IMG/VR virus record: IMGVR_UViG_2627854098_000001
DNA length: 44,371 nt
Source: a virus
Lineage: Duplodnaviria; Heunggongvirae; Uroviricota; Caudoviricetes
Reading direction: 5' to 3' (one strand)
In this document: positions 27,410 through 37,743 of the stretch, piece after piece
Layout: each line of letters opens with the position of its first letter
Position numbering within the stretch: the stretch's first letter is position 1
Translations under genes and position numbers: made by a program
Notes under the pieces: generated by a model
The model's database searches: none
What the model was told of the DNA's origin: nothing
Seen by the model: the letters and a program-made list of their open reading frames with translations, nothing else

Positions 27410-28889
27410 CACCATTCCGTCGAATACGCTGGTTCCGCTGTTTTATGCGGAAATGGATAACCAGGCTGCGAATACTGCACAGGACAGCGGAGCATCGCTG
27501 CTGATTGGTCATGCCAATAACGGTGCAGAGATTGTTGCCAACAGTCTGGTACTGATGCCGTCGGCAGACTATGCACGCCAGATTTGTGGTGCGGGAAGTC
27601 AGCTGGCGCGTATGGTCGAGGCTTATCGCCAGACTGACCCGTTTGGCGAGCTGTATGTGATTGCCGTTCCTGAATCCACAGGCGCGGCGGCAACGGTTAC
27701 GCTGACGGTGACCGGGGCGGCAACCGAAACCGGCACGGTGAATGTGTATGTGGGACGTACCCGCGTGCAGGCACCGGTGACTAACGGCGATAACGTTACG
27801 ATGATTGCCAGCAGTATCCAGGATGCCATCAATGCCGTTCCGACCCTGCCGTTTACGGCTTCATCTTCGGCAGGCGTGGTCACACTGACCGCGCGTCATA
27901 AGGGGCTTTGCGGGAATGAAATTCCTGTCAGCCTCAATTACTACGGCTTTGGTGGGGGCGAAGTGCTGCCAGCGGGCGTACAGATTGCCGTGGTGACGGG
28001 TACCGCCGGAACGGGTGCTCCGGTTCTCACCGGCGCTGTGGCTGCAATGGCGGATGAGCCGTTTGATTATATCGGCCTGCCGTTCAACGACACGGCCTCC
28101 GTTAACACGCTGGTGACCGAGATGAACGATACCAGCGGTCGCTGGAGCTATGCGCGTCAGCTGTATGGTCATGTGTATACGGCAAAGACCGGCACGCTGT
28201 CAGAACTGGTGACCGCAGGTGACCAGTTTAACCAGCAGCACATTACCCTGGCGGGGTACGAAAAAGACACCCAGACGCCTGCCGACGAGCTGGCGGCAAG
28301 CCGTACCGCCCGCGCAGCGGTGTTTATCCGCAACGATCCGGCACGTCCCACGCAGACCGGTGAGCTGGTGGGTATGCTGCCTGCGCCGAAGGGGAAACGG
28401 TTCACGATGACCGAACAAAAGACCCTGCTGTCTCATGGCGTGGCAACGGCGTATGTCGAAAGCGGGGTACTGCGCATTCAGCGTGATGTCACCACGTACA
28501 GGAAAAACGCTTACGGGGTTGCGGATAACAGCTACCTCGACAGCGAGACGCTGCATACCAGTGCGTATGTACTGCGCAAACTGAAATCCGTCATTACCAG
28601 TAAGTACGGGCGTCACAAGCTTGCCAGCGACGGTACCCGCTTTGGTCCCGGTCAGGCGATTGTCACCCCGGCGGTGATCAAAGGGGAACTGCTGGCAACC
28701 TACCGTCAGCTTGAGCGTGCGGGGATCGTGGAAAACTACGAACTTTTTAAGCAGTACCTGGTTGTGGAGCGTGATGCCAGCGATCCGAACCGCCTGAACA
28801 CGCTGTTCCCGCCTGACTATGTTAACCAGTTGCGTGTCTTTGCCGTGGTTAACCAGTTCCGTCTTCAGTATTCAGAGGAGTCCGCATAA
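27393..28889 (+). CDS. contractile tail sheath protein (Mu L-like)
   Basis: 498 aa; sheath-tube-chaperone-tape measure order. Confidence 0.85.
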   Translation: MTISFNTIPSNTLVPLFYAEMDNQAANTAQDSGASLLIGHANNGAEIVANSLVLMPSADYARQICGAGSQLARMVEAYRQTDPFGELYVIAVPESTGAAATVTLTVTGAATETGTVNVYVGRTRVQAPVTNGDNVTMIASSIQDAINAVPTLPFTASSSAGVVTLTARHKGLCGNEIPVSLNYYGFGGGEVLPAGVQIAVVTGTAGTGAPVLTGAVAAMADEPFDYIGLPFNDTASVNTLVTEMNDTSGRWSYARQLYGHVYTAKTGTLSELVTAGDQFNQQHITLAGYEKDTQTPADELAASRTARAAVFIRNDPARPTQTGELVGMLPAPKGKRFTMTEQKTLLSHGVATAYVESGVLRIQRDVTTYRKNAYGVADNSYLDSETLHTSAYVLRKLKSVITSKYGRHKLASDGTRFGPGQAIVTPAVIKGELLATYRQLERAGIVENYELFKQYLVVERDASDPNRLNTLFPPDYVNQLRVFAVVNQFRLQYSEESA

Positions 28890-29245
28890 TGGCCCGTATC
28901 GGGGGAACCTGTTATTTCAAAATTGACGGTCAGCAGCTATCGCTGACCGGCGGCATTGAGGTGCCCATGAACAGGACGGTCAATGATGACATCATCGGCC
29001 TGGACGGTTCAGTGGACCGCAAGGAAACTCACCGTGCGCCTTATGTTAAAGGGACCTTCAAGGTGCCGAAGAATTTTCCGGTGAGCAAAATCACCTCGTC
29101 TGATGAGATGACCATCACTGCCGAGCTGGCGAACGGTCAGGTCTATGTACTGTCGTCTGCCTGGCTGCACGGCGAAGCGAACCATAATGCCGAAGAAGGG
29201 ACGGTTGATCTTGAGTTCCACGGTGAAGAAGGGGATTACCAGTAA
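28889..29245 (+). CDS. tail tube protein (Mu M-like)
   Basis: 118 aa directly after sheath. Confidence 0.8.
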   Translation: MARIGGTCYFKIDGQQLSLTGGIEVPMNRTVNDDIIGLDGSVDRKETHRAPYVKGTFKVPKNFPVSKITSSDEMTITAELANGQVYVLSSAWLHGEANHNAEEGTVDLEFHGEEGDYQ

Positions 29246-29514
29246 TGAAAGAGCTTGAGTTAAAGAAACCGATTACCGCTCATGGCGAGACACTCTCCGT
29301 ACTGGAGTTTGATGAGCCCACCGGGAAAGATGTCCGCGAGCTGGGGTATCCCTACCAGATGAATCAGGATGAGTCCGTCAGACTTCTGGCGCATGTGGTA
29401 TCGAAATACATTGTGCGGCTGGCGAAAGTGCCGCAAAACTCTGTCGACCAGATGTCTCCGGCAGACCTGAATGCTGCGGCGTGGCTTGTGGCTGGTTTTT
29501 TCCTCCAGGTCTGA
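29245..29514 (+). CDS. tail assembly chaperone; -1 frameshift extension would end at 29663
   Basis: Small ORF between tube and tape measure; overlapping -1 frame ORF 29481-29663; slippery heptamer present. Confidence 0.75.
   Translation: MKELELKKPITAHGETLSVLEFDEPTGKDVRELGYPYQMNQDESVRLLAHVVSKYIVRLAKVPQNSVDQMSPADLNAAAWLVAGFFLQV
29496..29502 (+). promoter_or_regulatory. programmed -1 ribosomal frameshift slippery site T TTT TTC
   Basis: Heptamer X XXY YYZ in the zero frame (ggT TTT TTC) just before the chaperone stop; -1 frame stays open to 29663. Confidence 0.65.
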
Positions 29515-29655
29515 CGGCTGAATACCTCACTGATCGCTTCTTTGACTGCGCCAGCTACTGGCGCATTAATCCCTTCGAATTGCTGAATATGCCGATCAGT
29601 GAAATTCCCTTGCTGGTCAGTCAGGCAAACAGGATAGAGCAGGAGAAACGCACAC

Positions 29656-31491
29656 ATGGCTGAATTTGAGCTTAAGGCGTTGATCACCGGTGTCGACAGG
29701 CTTTCTCCCGCGCTGTCGAAAATGCAAAAGAAAATCCGGGGATTTAAACGCCAGGCGGAAGAAGCGTCACAGGGTGGGCTGGCGCTTGGTGGCGGACTGG
29801 CTGCGGGTCTGACGCTTTCCCTGAAATCTTATGCCGATCAGGAAAACGCCGCCACCGGGCTGAAAGTTGCCATGATGGATGCGAACGGTGAGGTCGGAAA
29901 GCGCTTTCAGGACATCAATAAACTGGCTATTGGTCTGGGTAACCAGCTACCCGGTACAACGGCTGATTTCCAGAACATGATGCAGATGCTGGTGCGTCAG
30001 GGGATCCCGGCAGAAAACATTCTTGGCGGTGTGGGTAAAGCGACAGCTTATCTTGCGGTACAACTGAAAAAAACACCGGAAGCGGCTGCCGAGTTTGCCG
30101 CAAAGATGCAGGATGCTACCGGAACGGCGTCAGAAGACATGATGGGGCTGTTCGACACTATCCAGAAGGCGTTTTATCTGGGCGTTGACGATACCAACAT
30201 GTTGTCCTTCTTCACTAAAACCAGCTCTGTTCTGAAGATGGTGAACAAGGACGGTCTTCAGGCTGCACAGAGCCTTGCCCCCATCAGCGTCATGATGGAT
30301 CAGATGGGGATGAACGGGGAGTCGGCAGGTAACGCCCTGCGAAAAGTTATCCAGTCCGGATTAAGCGTTAAGAAAATCAGGGACGTCAATAAAGTCATGG
30401 CCCGCCAGAAACTCGGGGTACAGCTCGATTTTACTGACGGCAAAGGGAGTTTTGGCGGTCTTGATAACATGTTCAGGCAACTGGCAAAGCTGCGAAAACT
30501 GACCGACGTTAAGCGAACTGGTGTACTTAAGGCAATATTTGGTGATGATGCCGAAACCCTTCAGGTGGTCAATGCACTAATCGATAAAGGAAAGGATGGC
30601 TACGACCAGATCCAGCAGAAGATGAATAAACAGGCCAGTCTGAATAAACGTGTTCAGGCACAGCTTGGTACGCTGTCCAACCTGTGGGAGGCAATGACAG
30701 GGACCGCAACTAACGGCCTTGCGGCTATTGGCGGCGCATTTTCTGGTGACGCTAAAAATATCACGCAATGGCTGGGGGAGTTGGGGGAGAAATTCACGAA
30801 GTTTGCGGATGAAAATCCCCGGGTTATTCGCGGCGTCGTCGGGCTTGCTGCCGGTCTTGCGATTCTGAAACTGGGATTGATGGGCGTTGGCGGTGCCATC
30901 AGTATTGTCAGCAGGATCATGTCGATGACGCCGATTGGCATGATTGCGACGGCGATAGCCCTGGCTGCGGGATTAATTATCACTAACTGGGATGTTGTCG
31001 GACCTTATTTCAAGAAGCTCTGGGAAACCATTGGTCCTTATTTTGAGGCTGGCCGGGAACTTCTGAAGAAGGTTTTTGCCTGGTCGCCGCTGGGGATGGT
31101 AATCAATAACTGGGGACCGGTTGTTAAGTGGTTTCAGGATATGTGGGACAAGCTGAAGCCAATTATTGAGTGGTTTACCGACAGTTCCGGTGACACGGTC
31201 GATGCCATTAACTCTGCGCAGTGGGGCGCGGGTGCTTATGATGCTTATGGGACGGGAATACCGGCACGGGGATACACACCTTATCAGGCGGTGGATCCGG
31301 CTCAGTCAAACAACGCCTCCGGTGCCACAGGCCCGAATCCCTTCATGATTAACAAAGCTTCTGCGCCAAAAGTTGATGGTGAGATCAAGGTCTCTTTTGT
31401 GAATTCACCTCCGGGTATGCGGGTTATGGAAACGCGATCCAGCGGTTTTGATGTCAGCCATGATGTTGGCTATACGCGCTTTGGCAGGTAA
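29656..31491 (+). CDS. tail tape measure protein
   Basis: 611 aa, Ala/Gly-rich helical protein after the chaperone. Confidence 0.85.
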   Translation: MAEFELKALITGVDRLSPALSKMQKKIRGFKRQAEEASQGGLALGGGLAAGLTLSLKSYADQENAATGLKVAMMDANGEVGKRFQDINKLAIGLGNQLPGTTADFQNMMQMLVRQGIPAENILGGVGKATAYLAVQLKKTPEAAAEFAAKMQDATGTASEDMMGLFDTIQKAFYLGVDDTNMLSFFTKTSSVLKMVNKDGLQAAQSLAPISVMMDQMGMNGESAGNALRKVIQSGLSVKKIRDVNKVMARQKLGVQLDFTDGKGSFGGLDNMFRQLAKLRKLTDVKRTGVLKAIFGDDAETLQVVNALIDKGKDGYDQIQQKMNKQASLNKRVQAQLGTLSNLWEAMTGTATNGLAAIGGAFSGDAKNITQWLGELGEKFTKFADENPRVIRGVVGLAAGLAILKLGLMGVGGAISIVSRIMSMTPIGMIATAIALAAGLIITNWDVVGPYFKKLWETIGPYFEAGRELLKKVFAWSPLGMVINNWGPVVKWFQDMWDKLKPIIEWFTDSSGDTVDAINSAQWGAGAYDAYGTGIPARGYTPYQAVDPAQSNNASGATGPNPFMINKASAPKVDGEIKVSFVNSPPGMRVMETRSSGFDVSHDVGYTRFGR

Positions 31492-31551
31492 TGAAAAATT
31501 AATCTGTTAATGAGTCCCACTCCGGTGGGATTTTTTATGTACGGAGTTTAT

Positions 31552-32880
31552 ATGACGTGGAAAGACAGACTTCAGGACGCGTCATTTCGCGGTGTGCCGT
31601 TTAAGGTTGAAGAAGAAAGTGCGGGAACCGGTCGTCGTGTGGAAACGCACGAATACCCGAACCGCGACAAACCCTATACCGAAGACCTGGGGAAAATCAC
31701 TTTCCGCCCGTCCATCACAGCTTATGTGGTGGGAGATGACTGCTTTGACCAGCGCGATCGCCTGATTGACGCGCTGAATAAACCCGGTCCCGGCACGCTT
31801 GTCCATCCGACTTACGGTGAGCTGAAAGTCTGTGTTGACGGGGAAGTTCGGGTCAGCACATCGAAGAGTGAAGGGCGTATTGTCCGCTTTGACCTGAAGT
31901 TTGTCGAAGCGGGAGAACTCTCTTACCCCACTTCAGGTGCGGCGACGGCGCAGACGCTGATGTCATCCTGTTCTGCACTGGATGACTGCATCAGTGACAG
32001 CTTCAGTGGTTTCAGTATCGATGGCGTGGCAGATTTTGTGCAGAACGACGTCGTCGGTAATGCCAGCACAATGCTTGGGTATGTTTCTGATGCGATGAAA
32101 GTGGTGGATTCTGCCGTATCGGATGCCGCCAGGCTGTTGCAGGGGGATATCTCGGTACTTCTGCCGCCGCCATCGTCAGGCAAAAATTTCGTTGAGCAGG
32201 TGCAGAAAATGTGGCGTACCGGGAAACGCCTTTATGGTAACGCCAGCGACCTGGTCACCATGATCAAAACGCTTTCCGGTGTCAGCCTCGGCAGCGATCT
32301 GCAACCGCGCGGCGTCTGGAAAACGGACAGTAAAACCACCGCCACGGCGACGCAGCAGCGTAACGTGGTTGCCAGCACCCTTCGTACGACCGCAATCAGC
32401 GAAGCGGCGTATGCCGTCACACGATTGCCTGCGCCCACAACTTCCGCGGTGATGCAGAATGCCACAGTGGGGCAGTCAACAACACCCGCGCAGAGCACCG
32501 GCTGGCCTTCTGTCACGCATCCGGCACTGAACAATGCACCGGCGGTGAAAAACACGGTTGACCTGCCAACGTGGGAAGAACTGACCGACATTCGCGACAC
32601 ACTGAATACGGCAATTGATAAGGAGTTGTCCCGTACAACCAGTGATGTGCTGTTTCTGGCGCTGCGCCGGGTGAAAGCAGATCTGAATGCGGATATCAAC
32701 ACGCGCCTTGAACAGTCTGCACGGATCATTCAGCGCACACCGGATGAGGTTTTACCCGCGCTGGTGCTGGCGGCGACCTGGTTTGATAACGCGGCGCGTG
32801 ACGCGGACATTATCCGGCGTAATGCCATTACGCATCCCGGCTTTGTGCCGGTGATCCCTCTGAAGGTGCCAGTGCAATGA
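31552..32880 (+). CDS. DNA circularisation protein (Mu N-like)
   Basis: GGAG RBS before ATG 31552; MTWKDRLQDASFRGVPFKVEEE start; position after tape measure. Confidence 0.7.
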   Translation: MTWKDRLQDASFRGVPFKVEEESAGTGRRVETHEYPNRDKPYTEDLGKITFRPSITAYVVGDDCFDQRDRLIDALNKPGPGTLVHPTYGELKVCVDGEVRVSTSKSEGRIVRFDLKFVEAGELSYPTSGAATAQTLMSSCSALDDCISDSFSGFSIDGVADFVQNDVVGNASTMLGYVSDAMKVVDSAVSDAARLLQGDISVLLPPPSSGKNFVEQVQKMWRTGKRLYGNASDLVTMIKTLSGVSLGSDLQPRGVWKTDSKTTATATQQRNVVASTLRTTAISEAAYAVTRLPAPTTSAVMQNATVGQSTTPAQSTGWPSVTHPALNNAPAVKNTVDLPTWEELTDIRDTLNTAIDKELSRTTSDVLFLALRRVKADLNADINTRLEQSARIIQRTPDEVLPALVLAATWFDNAARDADIIRRNAITHPGFVPVIPLKVPVQ

Positions 32881-33956
32881 ACGATAACGTCACGCTACGG
32901 GTAAATGGCCGGGAGTGGAATGGCTGGACATCGGTGCGCATCGGTGCCGGTATTGAACGGCTGGCGCGGGATTTCAGTGTGGAGATCACCCGCCAGTGGC
33001 CGGGTGATGAGGGTATCACCACGCTTCAGCCGCGCATTAAAAACGGTTCAAAAGTGGAGGTGCTGATTGGTGATGAGCTGGTGATCACCGGCTGGGTGGA
33101 GGCGACGCCCGTTCGTTACGATGCCCGTTCGGTCAGCACCGGTATTGCCGGACGCAGTCTGACCGCTGACCTGATTGACTGTGCAGCCGAACCGACACAG
33201 TTTAACGGACGATCGCTGGTACAGATTGCGCAGGCGCTTGCTGCGCCTTTCGGCATTGAGGTGGTGAACAACGGTGCGCCGTCGGGTGTTATTCCTGACG
33301 TCCAGCCCGATCACGGTGAAACGGTGATTGAGGTAATCAACAAAATACTCGGTCAGCAGCAGGCACTGGCTTACGACGACCCACACGGCAGGCTGGTGAT
33401 TGGCGGTATTGGCTCAACGCGGGCACATACTGCGCTGGTACTCGGGGAAAACATCCTTTCCTGCGATACGGAGAAGAGTATCCGGGAGCGGTTTTCTGTT
33501 TACCAGGTGGCGGGGCAGCGTGCTGGAAACGACGATGATTTCGGTGAGGCCACCACCAGCGCGCTGCGGGCCCGCACAGAGGACGCATTTATTGCCCGTT
33601 ACCGTCCGATGTATATCAGGCAGACAGGGCAGGCTACGGGGGCAGGCTGTATTGCGCGTGCTGACTTTGAAGCCCGACAACGGGCGGCGCGGACGGATGA
33701 AACCACCTATGTGGTGCAGGGCTGGCGACAGGGTAACGGTACGCTGTGGCAGCCCAACCAGCGGGTGATTGTCTTCGATCCGGTCTGTGGTTTCGACAAT
33801 ACCGAACTGCTTGTCTCGGAAGTCACGTTTACTCAGGACCAGAACGGCACCCTGACGGAAATCCGTGTCGGCCCACCTGATGCTTATCTGCCTGAACCCG
33901 AAGCCCCCGGCGCGCGGAAAAAGAAAAAAGCCAGAGTACAGGAGGACCCGTTCTGA
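32877..33956 (+). CDS. baseplate hub protein (Mu P / GPD-like)
   Basis: 359 aa; position; family from memory. Confidence 0.7.
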   Translation: MNDNVTLRVNGREWNGWTSVRIGAGIERLARDFSVEITRQWPGDEGITTLQPRIKNGSKVEVLIGDELVITGWVEATPVRYDARSVSTGIAGRSLTADLIDCAAEPTQFNGRSLVQIAQALAAPFGIEVVNNGAPSGVIPDVQPDHGETVIEVINKILGQQQALAYDDPHGRLVIGGIGSTRAHTALVLGENILSCDTEKSIRERFSVYQVAGQRAGNDDDFGEATTSALRARTEDAFIARYRPMYIRQTGQATGAGCIARADFEARQRAARTDETTYVVQGWRQGNGTLWQPNQRVIVFDPVCGFDNTELLVSEVTFTQDQNGTLTEIRVGPPDAYLPEPEAPGARKKKKARVQEDPF

Positions 33957-34504
33957 TGAGTACGATTGAAGCCATGCAGCGACAACTCCTCGGCCTGATT
34001 GGGCGGGCAGTGGTGAAAAGCATCAGTGCCGCCACGAAATGTCAGACCGTGGATGTGTCCCTGATTGCCGGTGAACCCAAAGCCGGGGTTGAACATCTTG
34101 AACCCTACGGTTTTACCGCAAGGGCAAACAGCGGTGCGGAAGCGGTGGTGTTGTTTCCGGATGGTGACCGTTCTCATGCGGTGGTTGTTACGGTGTCGGA
34201 CCGGCGCTACCGCCTGAAAGGGCTGCAGACGGGTGAGGTGGCGGTCTATGACGATCAGGGGCAGTCTGTGACGCTGACCCGGGAGGGGAGCGTGGTGGAC
34301 GGTGCAGGTAAAACGATCACGTTTCGCAATGCACCTGAAGCACGTTTTGAAATGGACCTGGAAGTGACAGGACAGGTGAAAGACCTGTGCGACTCCAGCG
34401 GCACCACCATGTCAGCGATGCGGCTTGCCTATAACGGGCATCGTCACAGAGAGAACGGTCAGGGCAGTAACACCGACAAACCTGATAAAGCGATGGAGGC
34501 ATGA
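33956..34504 (+). CDS. baseplate spike/assembly protein V
   Basis: Size and synteny. Confidence 0.7.
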   Translation: MSTIEAMQRQLLGLIGRAVVKSISAATKCQTVDVSLIAGEPKAGVEHLEPYGFTARANSGAEAVVLFPDGDRSHAVVVTVSDRRYRLKGLQTGEVAVYDDQGQSVTLTREGSVVDGAGKTITFRNAPEARFEMDLEVTGQVKDLCDSSGTTMSAMRLAYNGHRHRENGQGSNTDKPDKAMEA

Positions 34505-34929
34505 TGGAACTGTGGCTGACGGTGAACGGTAAACGCACCTGCGCCAGCGCACCGCTGGATCCGCTGACCCGCGCCGTGGTGATTTCCCTGTTTACCTGGC
34601 GGCGGGCGGAGCCTGATGACAACGCCGACGTCCCGATGGGATGGTGGGGGGATACCTGGCCTGCGGTACAGAATGACCGTTACGGCTCCCGACTGTGGCT
34701 GCTTCAGCGCAGCAAACTGACCAATCAGCTGGTGCAGACGGTAAGGGGGTATATCCGCGAATGCCTGCAATGGATGATTGATGACGGCGTGGTGTCCCGT
34801 ATTGATCTGGATATCCTCCGCACCGGGATTAATGAACTGGGTAACAGTATCACTCTCTGGCGTCGTGACGGACCGGTAATGATTTCTTTAGATGATCTGT
34901 GGAGTGCGATAACGCATGGCGGACAGTGA
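34501..34929 (+). CDS. baseplate protein (Mu gp46 / GPW-like)
   Basis: Size and synteny. Confidence 0.65.
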   Translation: MMELWLTVNGKRTCASAPLDPLTRAVVISLFTWRRAEPDDNADVPMGWWGDTWPAVQNDRYGSRLWLLQRSKLTNQLVQTVRGYIRECLQWMIDDGVVSRIDLDILRTGINELGNSITLWRRDGPVMISLDDLWSAITHGGQ

Positions 34930-35974
34930 ATTTCAGCGCCCGACGCTGGCAGAAAATATCAGTATGCTCCGTAACGATTTATTCGCCAGGCTGGACGTCA
35001 GCGACACGCTCCGGCGCATGGATGAAGACGTGCGGGCAAAGGTGTATGCGGCGGCGCTGCATACGGTTTACGGGTACATCGATTATCTGGCAATGAACAT
35101 GCTGCCTGACCTGTGCGATGAGTCCTGGCTGGCGCGACATGCTGCGATGAAACGGTGTCCGCGCAAGGGGGCCACGACTGCCAGCGGGTATATGCGCTGG
35201 GAAGGCGTCAGCGATGGCCTGAAGGTGACCGCCGGGAGTGTTATTCAGCGCGATGACCTGATTCAGTACACGGCAACTGCCGATGCAACCAGCGCCGGTG
35301 GTGTCCTGCGCGTGCCGATCGCCTGCTCAAGTGCAGGCGCGGTCGGTAACGCTGACGACGGTACGTCATTAATCCTGGTCACGCCGGTTAATGGTCTGCC
35401 GTCTTCCGGCGTGGCAGACACTCTGACAGGTGGATTTGATACTGAAGAGCTGGAAACGTGGCGCGCCCGCGTCATTGAGCGGTATTACTGGACGCCTCAG
35501 GGCGGGGCTGACGGGGACTATGTTGTCTGGGCTAAAGAATTGCCCGGCATTACCCGCGCATGGGCATACCGTCACTGGATGGGAACGGGGACTGTCGGTG
35601 TGATGATTGCCAGCAGTGACCTGATTAATCCCATTCCGGAAGAATCAACGGAAACGGCGGCAAGACAACATATCGGGCCACTGGCCCCGGTGGCAGGCTC
35701 TGATTTGTATGTGTTCAGGCCGGTGGCGCATACGGTGGATTTTCATATCCGTGTGACGCCGGATACACCGGAAATACGGGCTGCCATCACCGCGGAGTTG
35801 CGTTCGTTCCTGCTGCGTGATGGTTATCCGCAGGGAGAACTGAAGGTGTCGCGTATCAGTGAAGCGATTTCCGGTGCGAACGGGGAATACAGCCATCAAT
35901 TGCTTGCACCGGCGGAAAATATCTCCATTGCAAAAAATGAACTGGCGGTTCTGGGGACGATTTCATGGGCGTGA
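34916..35974 (+). CDS. baseplate J-like protein (Mu gp47 / e14 JayE-like)
   Basis: 352 aa; synteny V-W-J-YmfQ-fibre. Confidence 0.75.
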   Translation: MADSEFQRPTLAENISMLRNDLFARLDVSDTLRRMDEDVRAKVYAAALHTVYGYIDYLAMNMLPDLCDESWLARHAAMKRCPRKGATTASGYMRWEGVSDGLKVTAGSVIQRDDLIQYTATADATSAGGVLRVPIACSSAGAVGNADDGTSLILVTPVNGLPSSGVADTLTGGFDTEELETWRARVIERYYWTPQGGADGDYVVWAKELPGITRAWAYRHWMGTGTVGVMIASSDLINPIPEESTETAARQHIGPLAPVAGSDLYVFRPVAHTVDFHIRVTPDTPEIRAAITAELRSFLLRDGYPQGELKVSRISEAISGANGEYSHQLLAPAENISIAKNELAVLGTISWA

Positions 35975-36550
35975 CAAACGATGATTACATCCGTCTGTTG
36001 TCGGCACTGCTGCCGCCCGGTCCGGCGTGGTCAGCCAGCGATCCGGCGATTGCCGGTGCGGCACAGTCATTAACCCGCGTTCATCAGCGTGCGGATGCCC
36101 TGATGCGGGAGCTGGATCCGCGCACCACCACCGAACTGATAAATCGCTGGGAGCGTCTGTGCGGCCTGCCGGATGAATGTATTCCCGCAGGAACACAGAC
36201 CCTTCGCCAGCGTCAGCAACGACTGGATGCGAAGGTTAACCTGGCGGGCGGCATCAATGAGGATTTTTTACCTTGCACAGCTTGCTGCCCTGGGCAGACC
36301 AGACGCCACCATCACGCGATACGACAAAAGCACGTTCACCTGCTCATCGGCCTGTACTGACGCGGTGAATGCGCCGGAATGGCGGTATTACTGGCAGGTC
36401 AACATGCCAGCCGCCACCAACAGCACCTGGATGACATGTGGCGATCCCTGTGATTCCGCGCTGCGTATCTGGGGCGACACCGTCGTCGAATGTGTGCTTA
36501 ACAAACTCTGCCCTTCGCATACCTACGTAATTTTTAAATATCCGGAGTAA
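35965..36550 (+). pseudogene. DUF2313 (YmfQ-like) tail protein, frameshifted at a T6 run (36264-36269)
   Basis: ORFs 35965-36360 and 36173-36550 join into one gene of about 195 codons if the run is T5 (...[18 protein letters not shown]...). Confidence 0.6.
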
Positions 36551-36553
36551 TCC

Positions 36554-37297
36554 ATGCATCGTATAGACACGAAAACCGCGCAGAAGGATAAGTTCGGCGC
36601 GGGTAAGAACGGTTTTACCCGTGGTAACCCCCAGACAGGCACGCCTGCCACCGATCTGGATGATGACTACTTTGACATGTTGCAGGAAGAACTCTGCAGC
36701 GTGGTGGAGGCATCCGGTGCCAGTCTGGAGAAGGCGCGGCACGACCAGCTGCTTACCGCGCTTCGTGCGCTGCTGTTAAGCCGCAAGAATCCGTTTAGCG
36801 ATATCAAATCGGACGGCACGGTGAAAACGGCTCTCGAAAACCTTGGTTTGGGAGAAGCGGCAAAACGGAATGTGGGCAACGGGGAAAACCAAATCCCTGA
36901 TATGTCTTTCTGGACGGTTACTGGTAGCAATGGAAATTTTGTGATTCGTCAACCTGACGGGCTAATCATTCAGATGGTTACTGTAAGTATAAGCGGCCCA
37001 GTGGCGATGAATGGAATGACTGATAATGCTTATGCCATCACAGGTTCTAATAAGTCTTATATTGCCACAGCCACATTGCCCTTTGTATTTCCTAATAAGG
37101 TGCTGGGCGTTATCCCTCTGGTATCAACAACAGCTTATGGTGGTGTATCCAGTAATATTACAGGTTCATACGCGACGGCGGTTTGTTCTTTTGCCGCTGT
37201 CAGGGGGAATAATACGATTGTGTTCAAAGTCGACAAACCACTGAATGCAGCCTTTCCTTCAGATACCAGCGTCTCAGCGTTAATCATTGGACGGTAA
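36554..37297 (+). CDS. tail fibre protein: constant N-terminal part plus currently expressed variable C-terminus
   Basis: [22 protein letters not shown]-terminus typical of Mu S / P2 H-type fibres; crossover site inside the ORF. Confidence 0.8.
   Translation: MHRIDTKTAQKDKFGAGKNGFTRGNPQTGTPATDLDDDYFDMLQEELCSVVEASGASLEKARHDQLLTALRALLLSRKNPFSDIKSDGTVKTALENLGLGEAAKRNVGNGENQIPDMSFWTVTGSNGNFVIRQPDGLIIQMVTVSISGPVAMNGMTDNAYAITGSNKSYIATATLPFVFPNKVLGVIPLVSTTAYGGVSSNITGSYATAVCSFAAVRGNNTIVFKVDKPLNAAFPSDTSVSALIIGR
36831..36856. promoter_or_regulatory. left crossover site for Gin/Pin/Hin-family DNA invertase
   Basis: CTCTCGAAAACC-TT-GGTTTGGGAGAA with AAACC-NN-GGTTT core; inverted copy at 38758-38783; both lie in the same reading frame relative to GGT TTG GGA GAA. 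Confidence 0.7.
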
Positions 37298-37299
37298 TA

Positions 37300-37743
37300 A
37301 TGAACTCAGTATTCTTTTCACCCGGAAGTAAAAGTTTTTATCTGCAAGAATTGTTTCCAGAATATGAGGATGCGGGAACGCTTCCTGATGATGTTATTGA
37401 AATTACCAGAGAAACATATGAGCAATTTCTTGGTCTGCATCCAGAAGGGAAAGAAATTGGCGCTGACAGTTCAGGACGGCCAGTATGGATTAATTCCCCA
37501 CCCCCTTCAAAAGAGGATGAGGTGTTGACGGCTGAAATGAAAAAAATATCTTTGGTTTCAGAAGTCAATACCTACATCAATACCCATCAGTGGCCTGGCA
37601 AAGCTGCTATTGGTCGTCTGAAAGGCGAGGAACTGGCGCAATATAATTCGTGGCTGGATTATCTGGACGCACTGGAACTGGTCGATACTTCCTGTGCGCC
37701 AGATATTGAATGGCCTACGCCTCCGGCAGTTCAGGCCAGATGA
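37300..37743 (+). CDS. tail fibre assembly protein (Tfa), paired with the expressed fibre
   Basis: Directly downstream of fibre gene; C-terminal DIEWPTPP motif shared with the opposite-strand Tfa. Confidence 0.75.
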   Translation: MNSVFFSPGSKSFYLQELFPEYEDAGTLPDDVIEITRETYEQFLGLHPEGKEIGADSSGRPVWINSPPPSKEDEVLTAEMKKISLVSEVNTYINTHQWPGKAAIGRLKGEELAQYNSWLDYLDALELVDTSCAPDIEWPTPPAVQAR

